Assembly (NCBI RefSeq): GCF_009914755.1
Contig: NC_060925.1
Origin: the human T2T-CHM13v2.0 reference genome, Homo sapiens
DNA length: 64,000 bases
Strand: one strand, 5' to 3'
Below, piece by piece: positions 45,614 through 57,820 of the stretch. The position numbers were made by a program, and so were the translations under genes. The first letter of the stretch is position 1. Every line of letters starts with the position of its first letter. The notes beneath the pieces were generated by a model, which worked only from the letters and a program-made list of their open reading frames with translations, was not told the origin of the DNA and made no database searches.

Positions 45614-46167
45614 AGGATCAGATATTTTAAAGAAGCATCTTAACAGTCCTTCATGCCTTATAAGTTAAAATTCCTCTCACAGGAACGTAAGCAGAGAAAT
45701 CTTATTTTCTGAGACAGGCTTCTTCCCTCTCGCTGAACTCTAAATACTGTATTCCCCTTTCACTCAAAGGCCCCAGACGATGCCATTCTCATTATAACAT
45801 AACTTATGGAAAGCTCAGATCTATTGTTGGAAAAAATGCAAAGTGTGTGTGTTCATGCACACACGTGTTTGAGAAAAGCCTTTCCATTTCTGAAATCCCA
45901 AGAGTCATTTTTATGCAAGATTATCTGTTAGGAAAAAACCCACTTTTTTGGTCATGGTACATTATAATCATTTCTAGAAAGGAGAGCGTCTAATTTTTGC
46001 CATTTTTGGCATGCAGAGATGACTGACTTCATAGAAACCACACTATCCTGCTTCCAAAAGAAAAAAAAAAAACCTACTGAATTTACATCTGAATCAACAT
46101 CTCTTCAAAGTCCAGTCCTTGCATCTCAACCAGCAGGTCCTTGTGCAAAGAAAATGAATGGGAAGTG

Positions 46168-46216
46168 TGATTTGGGGTTATTCCATTTACTTTCTGATTT
46201 GGGGTTATTCCATTTA
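46168..46216. repeat. 22-bp perfect direct repeat, 5-bp spacer
   Basis: tgatttggggttattccattta at 46168-46189 and 46195-46216. Confidence 0.9.
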
Positions 46217-46860
46217 AAAATGAAATAATGTTGCCATTATACATCTGTAGTCCCTTCTGTGTTCAGTGAATTTGTTTTTAAAACTCTAACGTGACACCTA
46301 ATATTACATACATAAGATAAGACATTTGAGATTTTTGGTTTGAACTTCAAGAAAAAATAAAACGGTGTCTATTTCTTTTTGAGAAAAAATTTGTATTTTG
46401 TGCATTAGAGAAGGTTGAAGAGCCATTTGTTATTTGTGGAACTCCTCTGTAAAGGCATTGGATTTACTTATTTTTAGATTTTCATGACTATCCCATGCCT
46501 CATGTTTTTCCCTTACAGAATCATCCACCTTTGCCCAAGATAAAATTGAAATCTTTAACAAGAGGACCCAGGTTTGAGTTCAGCTCCCCTGCTCCCAGAG
46601 AGCTTTAGACTGTAAGATAATTCTGAGATACACACAGGACATTTGGACTAGCAGGGACTTAAAGACTCACTGTTGTATTACAGATTATGGCTCGGAAGCA
46701 CTGAGGGAAGGAAAGATAGGTGTGGGTGTTATAATTCACCCGTGGTTTTCTTGCCCTGATGTATTTATCTGGTACTCTTTTGCCAGTCTCCTTCTCAAAG
46801 ACATTTTCTTGCTAAATTTCTTACTAACTTGTCAAATGGAGGGAAAATAAGATTGAATTA

Positions 46861-47202
<342 letters not shown>

Positions 47203-47338
47203 CTTTTGTTATATTGGGCTTATATAATTCAAATTAATAATGTTACTTATCTATATCCTTAGTGGATTTACTTTAATACATTGAGGAAACCGCTTTCTGA
47301 TTAGCAGAGAGAATTTGTACATATGGGTTCTTTTAGAA

Positions 47339-47617
47339 CAGAGGGTCTCAAAATACGGTCTAGGGACCCCCTGCGGAACCCCAGATCCATAACCTAAAAC
47401 CTATTTGTATATATTCATGTACTTATATATGAATTTATAGATATAACAATTTTTATAATAGTATTCTCTAATGAGTATACAGTGGAGTTTTCCAGAAGCT
47501 ACACAATGTATGATATTGTAACAGATTGACTGTAGAAGCAGATAGGTGAATACAGCTGTTTTCCAGTTAGCAAGACTTAAGAGATTTACAAAAATGTGCA
47601 GGTGCCACTCTCCTCAC
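47339..47617 (+). mobile_element. hAT-Charlie relic (Charlie4/MER20B-like)
   Basis: agtggagttttccagaagctaca...acagattga...agaagcagata...cagctg...aagagatttacaaaaatgt...gccactct; strand uncertain. Confidence 0.65.
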
Positions 47618-49163
47618 CTTCTGTGACTCTGCATACATGCCACCAGCCAACAAACGTACCTGGTTAATTTTTTTGACAAGCTGCTCTAGTTGAAAATACA
47701 GTGATTGATAATCCATCATCTTGCTGATAAGTAGCACATATCGGCAATGATGGGCTAATTCGGACTAAACCGTAGGAGCCGCTGTAATGCAATGCTTCCC
47801 TTTGGCTTCCTGCCAACAGTTGTCAGCCCTCCTGGTTTGCTCCTGACTTTTACTGGGTTTCTAGAAGTAACAATTGGAAATATTTTATCACATATCAGAA
47901 AGACCTCTTACAATAATTTACCTAATTTAGTTCTTCACCTTAACCTACCATCCCAATAAATTTTAATTTCGGCAGGGTAGTAAGTGTAGAGCAGATTACT
48001 TCAAAGTGCAGAATCTTGTCCAAAGGCTGCTTGGTTGTGTTTGCACTGCCCTGACTCTTGCAGGTACTCGAGAAGGTGTATCTGTTTCAGAATTCACTTG
48101 CCAAAACCTCAACTTTCTCCCCTAGCAAAGTTGCTGGAGTAGGATAAACCCACAGTATTTGGATAAGCTCCTTTGAACTCCTTGTAGAAAGCAGTTTTTA
48201 TGAGGCAGTTGTTCTGTGTTAACACCAGAGACAATTCCTAGCAGATTTCCCCAAACATACTTCAAACATCGATAATGGCAGGGGTGACCCAAACTGTATC
48301 ATAAAATCCCAGGGACTGCAGGAGACTTCAAAGGGGAGACAGAGCAAAACCTCACTTCTCGTTATGAGGAGTATGGGTCACAGGAATCCTGGCTAGAATC
48401 CATGGTAACCTCGCGGAGTAATGCCAGGATGGACAGAGGCCAGGGCTCATCAGTTCCCTAGACTTTACTAATTGACCCCAGCAGCACAGTTAGAGTGGTA
48501 ATAACTGGCACCTGCCCACCTCCTGAGGTGTTAGAGGCCAAATTACCACATGTGAAGTGCTTTTCTATCCTTTAGTGAGAAGATGCAAACCTTGAAGTGT
48601 GTTTCTATTTTTGTTTGAACTATCGAGGGCCCAGTTAATTCAGTTGAGCCAATTCTGACCTTGGGATATTCAGATCCATCACTTAGTATGTACAGGCAAA
48701 TTGACAGTAGAAATTTATTGAGTCTTGAACTCCTACTATATTTCAGGCATTTAATAAGTATTAAATACTGGGAATATTTAAATAATTGAGGACAAACTGC
48801 TCTGAAGAATCACCAAGCTGTTTGGTTTGTGTGTTAATATTCTTAAGCCACTCTTACGTGTTCATTAAAGCAAGTTTCCCTATAGTTTTCTTGAAGAACT
48901 CATTTTTTAGTGATTTGACTTACTCTTTATTCTTGAAAACAACAAAATTGCATTTGTGCATATGGTATGTGTTGAGGGGGGTAATTACAGGCATTTTTTC
49001 CCTCATTACCGGGTCCGTTACAGCTCCTTGAAAACAAATAGTTATAGTTTTACTAATTGTTTATAAAATTAGCTAATGATCCTTTGATTTTTTAGTTTTT
49101 TTATACCTTAGCTGTATTTAATAAATATTTAGTATCTTCTGTGCAATTAATAAGAACAATGGG

Positions 49164-49477
<314 letters not shown>

Positions 49478-49529
49478 TTATTTTTACCTGAATTATTTTG
49501 CTACGACAAATTTATCTTTCAAATTAGAT

Positions 49530-50880
49530 TTTATCAAAGTAGATATGTATTCACTTTTTTAAGTTGAAGTCTTTCTAAATGTCTAAAACCAAAACACAGT
49601 AATCTCCTGCCCTACCTTTCCCTGATTCCTGCTCCCTCAGAGGCAATCACTTTCAACACTTTGGGCTGTTTCTTCAATGTGGAGGTATTTACCTTTATAT
49701 TTCATAAATAAACCAACTGCTATTTCTTGACATCATTTGACTTCATGTTGTTATACATACATGTTTCCTTTCCCCATTTTTCAGTACAGTTATATGATCC
49801 TTTTTGAATAACTTAGTATTCCATTTTTACGTTATTATGACTGTGTAAATAGTATTCCCAGTGAAGCCCCCCACCCAGGTCACTTTGATGATGTTTCCTT
49901 TTTAAATGTTGTGCTTTGTTTTTTTCTCCTTGGAGTTAGTAACTGCTCTTTCAGTATTGTCTGCTTTGTTTTCTATATGCACATTCGTAATTTATTCTCA
50001 AATGCTTATTTAGTTTCCACATTTTTTTAACCCTGGGCCTAGTAACTCGTTTTTCTTTAAAAAAGAAAAAAAAAATTTTATGTTCCTATTGCTAATTTAT
50101 CCACAAACACTCTTCTGTATGTGTACAAATGCACTGAGTAATTTATTGGTTTCTAATTAAATTCTCCCTCTTGATGTCCTCTGCTCCCATCTGACTGGTT
50201 GTTGTCTAGCTATTTTTGTCTCTAAGCTATTTTTCTATAGTAGTACTATAGCAGTACTATTCTGAGTTTCTTTCTTCCATTTATTTGTTTTGGTCTTTTT
50301 CTTTCATGAATAGAGACAGTCCCCAGAGAATCTGGTGATTCTTGACTATCTGTTCTACTCCTCTTTAAAGATGAGGCACTAAAAAGCCAATTGGGAGCTC
50401 TTGGTTTGAGGCTGAGGGGGCCTTACTGTGGAATGATCAAGTGGGGACCTGCTGACTCTGGGCTCCTGTTGAGAGGAGCAAAACTGAATGGGGATGAGAG
50501 AGGGGACCTGAAGCTCTAACTGCTTCCCATGCAGCCTTTTAACCAATCTTCCTGTTTTCACCTCACTCCAGGCCTATCTGTTTCTCCTTTATGCTCCAGG
50601 CCTTCAGAGCTACTTGCTGCCTCCATCTTTCTGAAATGCAGTGGAGGCCACCATCCTAATTAGCTTTCTGCTTTGTGGCTTCCACTCCCTCAAGGCTTAC
50701 ATTTCAGCGCCACGTGTCCATCTGCTTTTCAGCTTCTAAAATATTGTTGACACCTTCTCTTTATCCTTTTGGATTTGTGCCATTTGTATCCCTTTGCTTT
50801 CCCTTTAGAGGGGTCTCTGGACTAGATCTGTCATGTTTAATCAGAAGTCCTATAATTTAGACTTTTCACTAATTTGTGTT
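49530..50880 (-). mobile_element. Highly decayed L1ME-like fragments
   Basis: T-rich tract with cagaggcaatcactttcaac and atctgcttttcagcttctaaaatattgttgaca motifs typical of old L1; bounds rough. Confidence 0.45.
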
Positions 50881-51589
50881 TCCTTTCTTGGTGTTCTTTC
50901 CCCTTTACCCCCAACTAGTGGCTCTGAATTAGTGTGGTTTTATGAAACCCATATCCATTCAGCCATGGTTCTATGTATTATCTCATTTAGGCATCACAGC
51001 AGCTTTTGCACAGCATCTGCTCAGGCAGTCTGTGGCTCTTCTTTCCCCGAAAGATTGAGAATACATCTGGTGAGAAGCCGTTGCCAGTCCCAGCCCCTGC
51101 TTTGAGTCTGGTATTGGTCTTTAATCTCTCATTCTGTGTGTTGTAAAGAAACAGGTTGTGGAAGGCTCTTGTCAGATCCCAGGAACATGAAAGAAATAGC
51201 ACACCCTACGGTAGTGACATGGCCCTGTCACCACCCCTCATTGAACCATAAAAGCTATTCAGAGGGGCCAGCAGCTGGGGAGCGACTGTACTTAGATCCT
51301 GGGTGCTGATGGGTGTTTTGTAGTTTCCAAGGGAAGTTGCTGAAAGTTTTCTTATCTTGACACTCCAAGGGCAAGAGGTCTTTCTTCAAAGAGAAGCGCT
51401 TGTTTCAGAAAAAGATGTGGAAAGGACGTAAAATCACAGGTTCTTCCCCAGTTCTGAAAAAGAAATAGGAAGGGGCAACGTGGCAGTCAGTGTGAAAAGA
51501 AACCACGCATTTGCAGGAAGCAAGAAGGGGTTCCGCAGCACTGGCTGCTTCCGGCATCTGCAGTGCGAGGGTAAACAGGCCTACTGGGG

Positions 51590-51790
51590 AGTCGGTTGGC
51601 CCTGGGTTTGAGTCATTGGGCTGCTGCTTGGCTGTGACCTGGAACAAGTTTTTCCCCTCTTAATCTCTCTGAGATGAGATTCCTTTGAGTCATATGCCTA
51701 CCTCGGTGGGTGGTTACGTGGATTAAATTATATCATGTATATAAAGCACTCAGCCTGGCATGTGGCATGCAGGTAGGGCTCAAGAAATGG
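51590..51790 (+). mobile_element. MIR
   Basis: cctgggtttgagtc...gctgtgacctggaacaagtt...gcctacctc...ggattaaatta...taaagcactcagcctggca. Confidence 0.7.
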
Positions 51791-52094
51791 TGTCAGTGTG
51801 AATATTCTCCCCTGAATGTTGGAATGTTGTGTGAAGGTGAAACAGGGATTGTGTCCCTAGCTCTTACTTAAATTCAACCCTGTCCCCGAATTCTTGCTGA
51901 CCACCTGCTAGAGTGTGAGGACTAGGAGTTCATGTGCTTGGCTGGGCTTTTGTCCTTCCCATTCTCTTTCTTCACACAAAATGAACAGTTGAACTCAGGC
52001 CACCAAACCTGGTTGAGTTGCTGGGTGGAGGGACTCTCCTGGGCTCTGAGCCTTTGTGTGTGGGAACCGCACTGGAAAAGGTGTGCAGAGGCCA

Positions 52095-52191
52095 CGAACT
52101 TGCTCTGAACCCACTTGTGAAGAGCAGGTGACCCCAAACTATTGTTAGTGTCTGCTGTAAATGATATGCCTCTGGGTTCGAGCAGAGTTCA
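52095..52191. promoter_or_regulatory. Inverted pair of near-consensus DR5 RAREs (candidate)
   Basis: Minus strand 52095-52111 GGTTCA gagca AGTTCG; plus strand 52175-52191 GGTTCG agcag AGTTCA. Confidence 0.55.
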
Positions 52192-53329
52192 GCCAAAAGC
52201 CCCACATGACATGGAAATCTGTCCTGGAGCCAGGTTTGTCGGGTAAAAGTTATGTAGCAAATGTCTCCAAACATTGGCATCTGTTGTCTGCCGAGACTAG
52301 GACAACCGAGAATGATGGAGTGCTTAAGGAAATTAGGATGGGGCATGCGACCCTGTAACAGCTGATAAACTGTTTCAGGCCACCGTGGCTCATCCAGCTC
52401 TTTTGATAAACAGCTTTAAAAGCATTACGTGGTTTGGAAAGCATTCTTCAAAAATGGTTATATTTTCCAGACGCATGACAGTCCACTGTTCAGTATTATT
52501 TAAGGGTTTTAAATTGTAGAATCAGATTCCTTTTCAGTGGGGCTCTTGGAACTGTCGAGGGCTGATCTGTCTGACTCCCACCAGGACAATCTCACAACAA
52601 TATTATTATGTAGGTCGGGGTCCCCTAGGTCTGTTAAAAAAAAAAAAGTTCAGGGCTAAGCGTTTAAGAGGAAAAACTATTTCTTTCATTTCTAGCTAAG
52701 TCTGATGGGCCCTTTCAAACACTGCTTTCATCATGCACCTTTTATTTCACGATTTCTGCATAATGAAAATACAAGATCGATAACTGTGGATTATCGTAAT
52801 GCCTTGAGCCTTTGAAAATGAACATTTTCTAGATTATAAATGTTCCCTTTGTAATTCATTTCAAACTTCATCCTCCCATTTGTCCTAATTCCCGAAATTT
52901 AACTGTTGCCTTTTGAGCCTCCTAGGAAATTCTGGGTATCCTTTAGGCAAGGGAGGTAGCTCTTGGGGGAATAGCATTCAGGCCACAGGCAATTCATTTG
53001 CGACTTGGGCTCTTCTTAGAACATATGATAAGTACAACGCACTGTAGTGACAGATTTTTTAAAAACCCTATTAAAGCCCAATATACTAATGCAGATTTTT
53101 TTTTTTTAAGTTTTAGAGAGATTCATGGGATTTTATTCTTTTTCCCAAAGGCAGTGGTGGAGCTGACAGAGTAGCATGGAGCCTCGTCCTGATGTATTGT
53201 GCGGAAGTGGCAGCAGTTCACATTCATTCAGTTTGTCAGCATAGGATCAGTTCCTTCTTGACTCAACTCTCTGTGATCAAAATAAGCTATTGGATGTTCC
53301 CTTTGGGTACTGGAAGCAGCTTGGCCCCT

Positions 53330-53460
53330 TGGCAAGAGAACAGGATTGCAAATCACAAGAGCAGAGCCCTGACTCCAGCTCTGATGCTACTGTGCTTTGT
53401 GACCTTGTGCAGACAGCTTTATATCCCCATCTCAGGTCATTCTCCCCCATACAAAGGGGG
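53330..53460 (+). mobile_element. MIR
   Basis: ccagctctgatgctactgtgctttgtgaccttgtgcagacagcttta...ctcag. Confidence 0.55.
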
Positions 53461-56199
53461 AGAGGGTCATCCTTGCCCTGGTCATGTCTGCATGGCTGAG
53501 GTGAATAACTAGTTGTGTAACTTCCTGGAGGAGTGGCACAGAGGAAGCTCCCTTCCTAGGGCTGGCTCTGCCATCAGGGAGGAAGCTGGATATTAGAATG
53601 AAGAAAAAGCCCATGCAGAATATATGGCAGCCCGATAATGGATTCTAAAAATAAAAAAGCACTAGGTTAATCTGCAGCTGTAGTGTACCTAAAGTATTCT
53701 TTGGCAGGTTGTGGCCCTAGCCTAATCCCCAGCTGGACTTAGCACCATTTAAGTGAGTTACATCTCATCCCCGCAAGGGATTGAGTCTGTAGCCAATTTG
53801 GCCTTGTCACCACTTCAGCCCTCCCTCTGATTTCACCTTTGGGAAAACTACAAAGTGGCCCCAGACATACATAGCAGGCTTGATCACATGGGTGGAGTCT
53901 GTCAGGACAGCATACATCAAATAAAATGTCCAGGGAACCTGTTGTAAATAAACCACTTCCCGCATGCTCAGTCATCGTGGAGGTACTTGAATGTTTAGTT
54001 TCTTTTAGCTGATGGCCAAGAAATCAATGTTTAAAAAAAAAAAAACAAAAAACAAAAAAACACCTTGACAGAGGCATTTTGTACAAGAATGGTGTGTGGG
54101 TGTGAAAAAGTAAATTCCAAAACATATTTCCTTTTAGTTCCCAAACCCATATTAGATGAGTACTTCTTAGCCTTGGCCACAGTGCTAGAGTAAATAGCAG
54201 TGTCACATAGCTCGTGGAACAGGCAAACCACAGAATGTACAAGAGAGAAGCGTGCACACCAGTGAGTCTGCTATGGCAGCTCTCTTTGTCCTGGTTTCTA
54301 CATCTCATTTGTAAGCAACTTGTGTTCCTGCATTTTCAGAGTTTGGCCAGTTTATTTACTTAGAATTGCATGTTCCTGGAATATTGTCATAAAAGTGATC
54401 CTGAGATAGAAAAAGTCAACAGGAAGCAGGGGCATTGAGTTTATAAGTTCTCAGTCTGTCTTGGCCCATATTAAAGTCTCATTCTCAGGGGTAGGTCCAG
54501 CTTTCCAAATTTTAATATATCAGAGACTCCTGATGCATCTGGGCTCATGATGGGCCAAAGTAGGCCTTCAGGAGTCCTCGTGTTACACACTCAACGCCTA
54601 ATGGAGACTGGATTCATTTACGTGTATTAATGTAACCTGCGTGATCATGTGAGTGCAAGTGCTTTGTAGATTGTCCTGGGAGATGTGGCATATTATGACT
54701 AAAGACTTAATTGAACCCTGAACATGTATATGAATAACTGGAGACAGATTGACTGGATTACACATTTTTCTTGAAAATTTCCTAAATTTAGCCTACCTCT
54801 TTGTTGCCTTTTATTTCCCAGCTTAAGTGGTTCTCTATAACACTATATTTTAAACAAACCAGAACAAATAGTATACAAAAGCATAGACAAGAGGGATATA
54901 ACAAGAGATGGTTTTCTGTGATCCGTGGCACCTCCTCTCTACCCTGCCTCCACCACCAAAAGGGGCTTTAAATTAAGATTCGGAATGGCAAATTCACTTA
55001 CCAGCTCCAAACACAGTAGACAAGGAAACCTTGTGAGGAAAATCCGAGAGTATATTTACAGTTTCTGTTCAGAAATACATAGCTTAACTTCGAAGGAGGA
55101 AGCGTGACTTTTCACCTGCAGATAGAACTAGGGTCTGATTTGAAACAGACCACTGGCTTCACTGAACCCCATCAAAGAAGTCTGCTTCTGCCCGGAATTG
55201 GAAAGTGCCAGTGGGCATGTAGTTGCTAGTATGGGATTTCTGTTTTTATTTTTAACAAGCTTGGGCCCAACTCTTAGTATCAAGATGGGTGAAGACAAAA
55301 CTGACCAGAAAAACACGTATCAAGTCAGCAGTGGCTCACCCCTCAGAGGCCATTTTTCCCACCTGCTCCTCTTATACCTTTGGTTTGTTTTTGGTTTTGG
55401 ATTTTTTCTCTATGTTCCTCCTACTCTTTCTTTCTCTATTTTGCTTGGGCCTTCGTTAGAAGAGTTCTAGTAATCATTTCAGACTTCCAAAATTCAACCC
55501 AGTAGCCTCATTTTACAGGTGGACCCACTAATACACAACAGCTCGATGTGACAAACCATAGACTCACAGTTAATCACTTGGAGAGCCTGGATTCACCTCC
55601 GCGATGACCTGCCTTTCCAGCCCTCCAGTGGCGTCCTCTGTAGTGAGTTGTAAATGTGCCACTCTAGAACATTCCAGGAAAGCCCTCCTCTTGGGCTAAA
55701 CTCTAAAACTAAAATGAAGTCCTGCCCATGTGAGCTGCTTGTTTAACACTTTGGATGCTAATCAGAGCATTAATGAGAACACATGGATAGATTCGGCAGG
55801 TCTAATGCTTGGGACCTTCTCCTATTTGATTCCATAAGACTAAATCCCCTATAAACACTTCCCTCCTGTGCACACACACATGCATTCACATACAGCACTC
55901 ACGTATCCCTCCCTTATAGCCAAAGACCGAAAAATAAATTTTTTTTTTCTACATTAAAAATAAGACCAGCTAGTAACCAGGGTTGGCATTCCCATCTCCT
56001 GTGGAACCTGGAAGGACTAGCAGATAGCTATAGAGATCTGTCTCCTTTTTAGTGTGGTTGTATTAAGGGCAATCTTGCCTCCCATGGCACCCCAGAAAAT
56101 CCAGGAGTTCAAGTGGGGGTGCACTGTAGGAGGACTCAGCAGCTGTTTTATGGAAGGTTCGTCAGGGATCAGACTGAAGATTTTGCTTTTGTGAGAACA

Positions 56200-57250
56200 A
56201 AGTGAAATGTGACATTCAGGAGCAGCTCGGGGCCTATATATAGGGGCCCAGGGCCTGCTGGGATGGGGTTTTACACTTGGGCTGTCCTTTTGCCCTTCCC
56301 CTGAACTCTTTTCACTTCAGTCATGAGCAAACAGTCAGTGCCTGAACTAACAACCCTGTAGTCCTCCGAAGCACGGCTGGCTTACAGTACCGAACAAAGG
56401 GAGGGAGTGCCGCGTGGGCCGGCCCAGGCCGAGGAATGCGGCTTCAGGGTTCTGCTCCATAAATTTAACCAGCACGACGAAAAGGAGATAATATGAGCCT
56501 TCGTGATGATCTGAAAGGGGGAGGTTCTGTGTCCCATTGATTGCGGTCTGGCCCAATGCCAGGCCCAAGCCTGACCGACAGTTGAACCATATCATTAAGG
56601 CGTGTAATACAGCTCGAGTCTTGTACTGCCGCCAATGAGTGCATATCCACAGGGCAAAAGTTTATAAAGAGTCGAGGCTGTCCTGTTTAACCCTCTCACA
56701 CTGCATGTAATAGAACCAGCTGCCATTCAGAACTTGCCCATCTGAGGTCATAAAGGAAAGCCTGCACGTTTCTTTTCTTCAAACAGCTTTTCAGGACTGG
56801 GGAGAGGAAGAAACGCTGTCTAGAGAGGGTCAAGGCACGGTGATGTTTCTCTCTGGAGAAGCAAAGCAGTCTGCCTCCCTCCCCCCGGCCAGAAACGGGA
56901 CACCTTAGTGCTTTCTTCAGAGTAGCTCTCTGTTTGTGGTATAATGTTGCTGGAGGAAACAGGGCTGACACCACAGGAAACCTGCCTGTCTCCAAGGAGG
57001 CCGCATCGGTGGCAGAGGTGGGTCAGATGCCGGCCGTGGAGTGCTCTTGTCAAGCTTGGGATGATGCCGTTTTCCTTCCCCATCACCTCGAAAGCTGTTA
57101 ATAGCCTTGCTTTCTGGCCTTCCACAGCTACGCCCAGGTGCTAAAACAGAGCAGGTGGAAGGCCGCCCCACGGAGTGGCCTGTGAGCCCAGAGTTCTCAC
57201 TGTCCGAGGCCGGTGGCCCCATGGGAACTCTGTCCATTCAATAGGGAGGG
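56200..57250. promoter_or_regulatory. CpG-enriched unique segment, candidate enhancer with two DR5-like sites
   Basis: About 17 CpG in 56341-56700. Minus-strand DR5s AGTTCA gggga AGGGCA (56291-56307) and GGTTCA actgt CGGTCA (56572-56588). CCAAT at 56553 and 56632, TATAAA at 56663. Confidence 0.45.
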
Positions 57251-57639
57251 CATGTAGAAATAGGCACATTGTCACAGCAAGGCCTGGAGTGGCCTGGGTT
57301 CTTACAGTGGGCACTGCATTGAGGAAATGGGCAGACAAACAAGGATTTAGCATAAGTATAGTCAGAAAGAAAGGGCTGCCTGTGTTCAAAGGACAAAAGG
57401 AAGAAAGTGGGCGAAGGGGTAGTTTAGTCCTGTCCATCAGCCAGTCACGTTCTTTGGCCAAACTCGGGACCTGCCTGTGCTTTGTCCATGGTGTCCAGGA
57501 AGAAATCTGTGTCTGTCACTTCCAGATTGCTGCTTGTCTGCAATGGACAATGCCTCTTAGGCAGACACCTGCTCGGGATGACAGTGCTGCAGAAATTGAT
57601 CCAAAACATTGACTAGCTTGCATGGTATCGCTGTCATTA

Positions 57640-57820
57640 GTATTCAGTCTTCACAACCACCCTATGAGGTGGGTGCTATACTTTCCCCATTGTACAGATG
57701 GGAAAGTTGAGGCACACAGGGGATACGTAACTTGTCTAAGATCTCAGAGGTAGTAAGGAAGGGAACCAGAATGTGGACCCTGGCCAACTGAACACAGAGT
57801 ACATGCTCCTAATCTCTGTG
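57640..57820 (-). mobile_element. MIR
   Basis: tcacaaccaccctatgaggtgggt...ccccattgtacagatgggaaagttgaggcaca...taacttgtctaagatc. Confidence 0.8.

Noticed and set aside
47690-47830. Possible intronic snoRNA or conserved element
   Set aside because: No convincing paired C/D boxes with a terminal stem, and no H/ACA architecture; cannot be supported without a covariance-model search.
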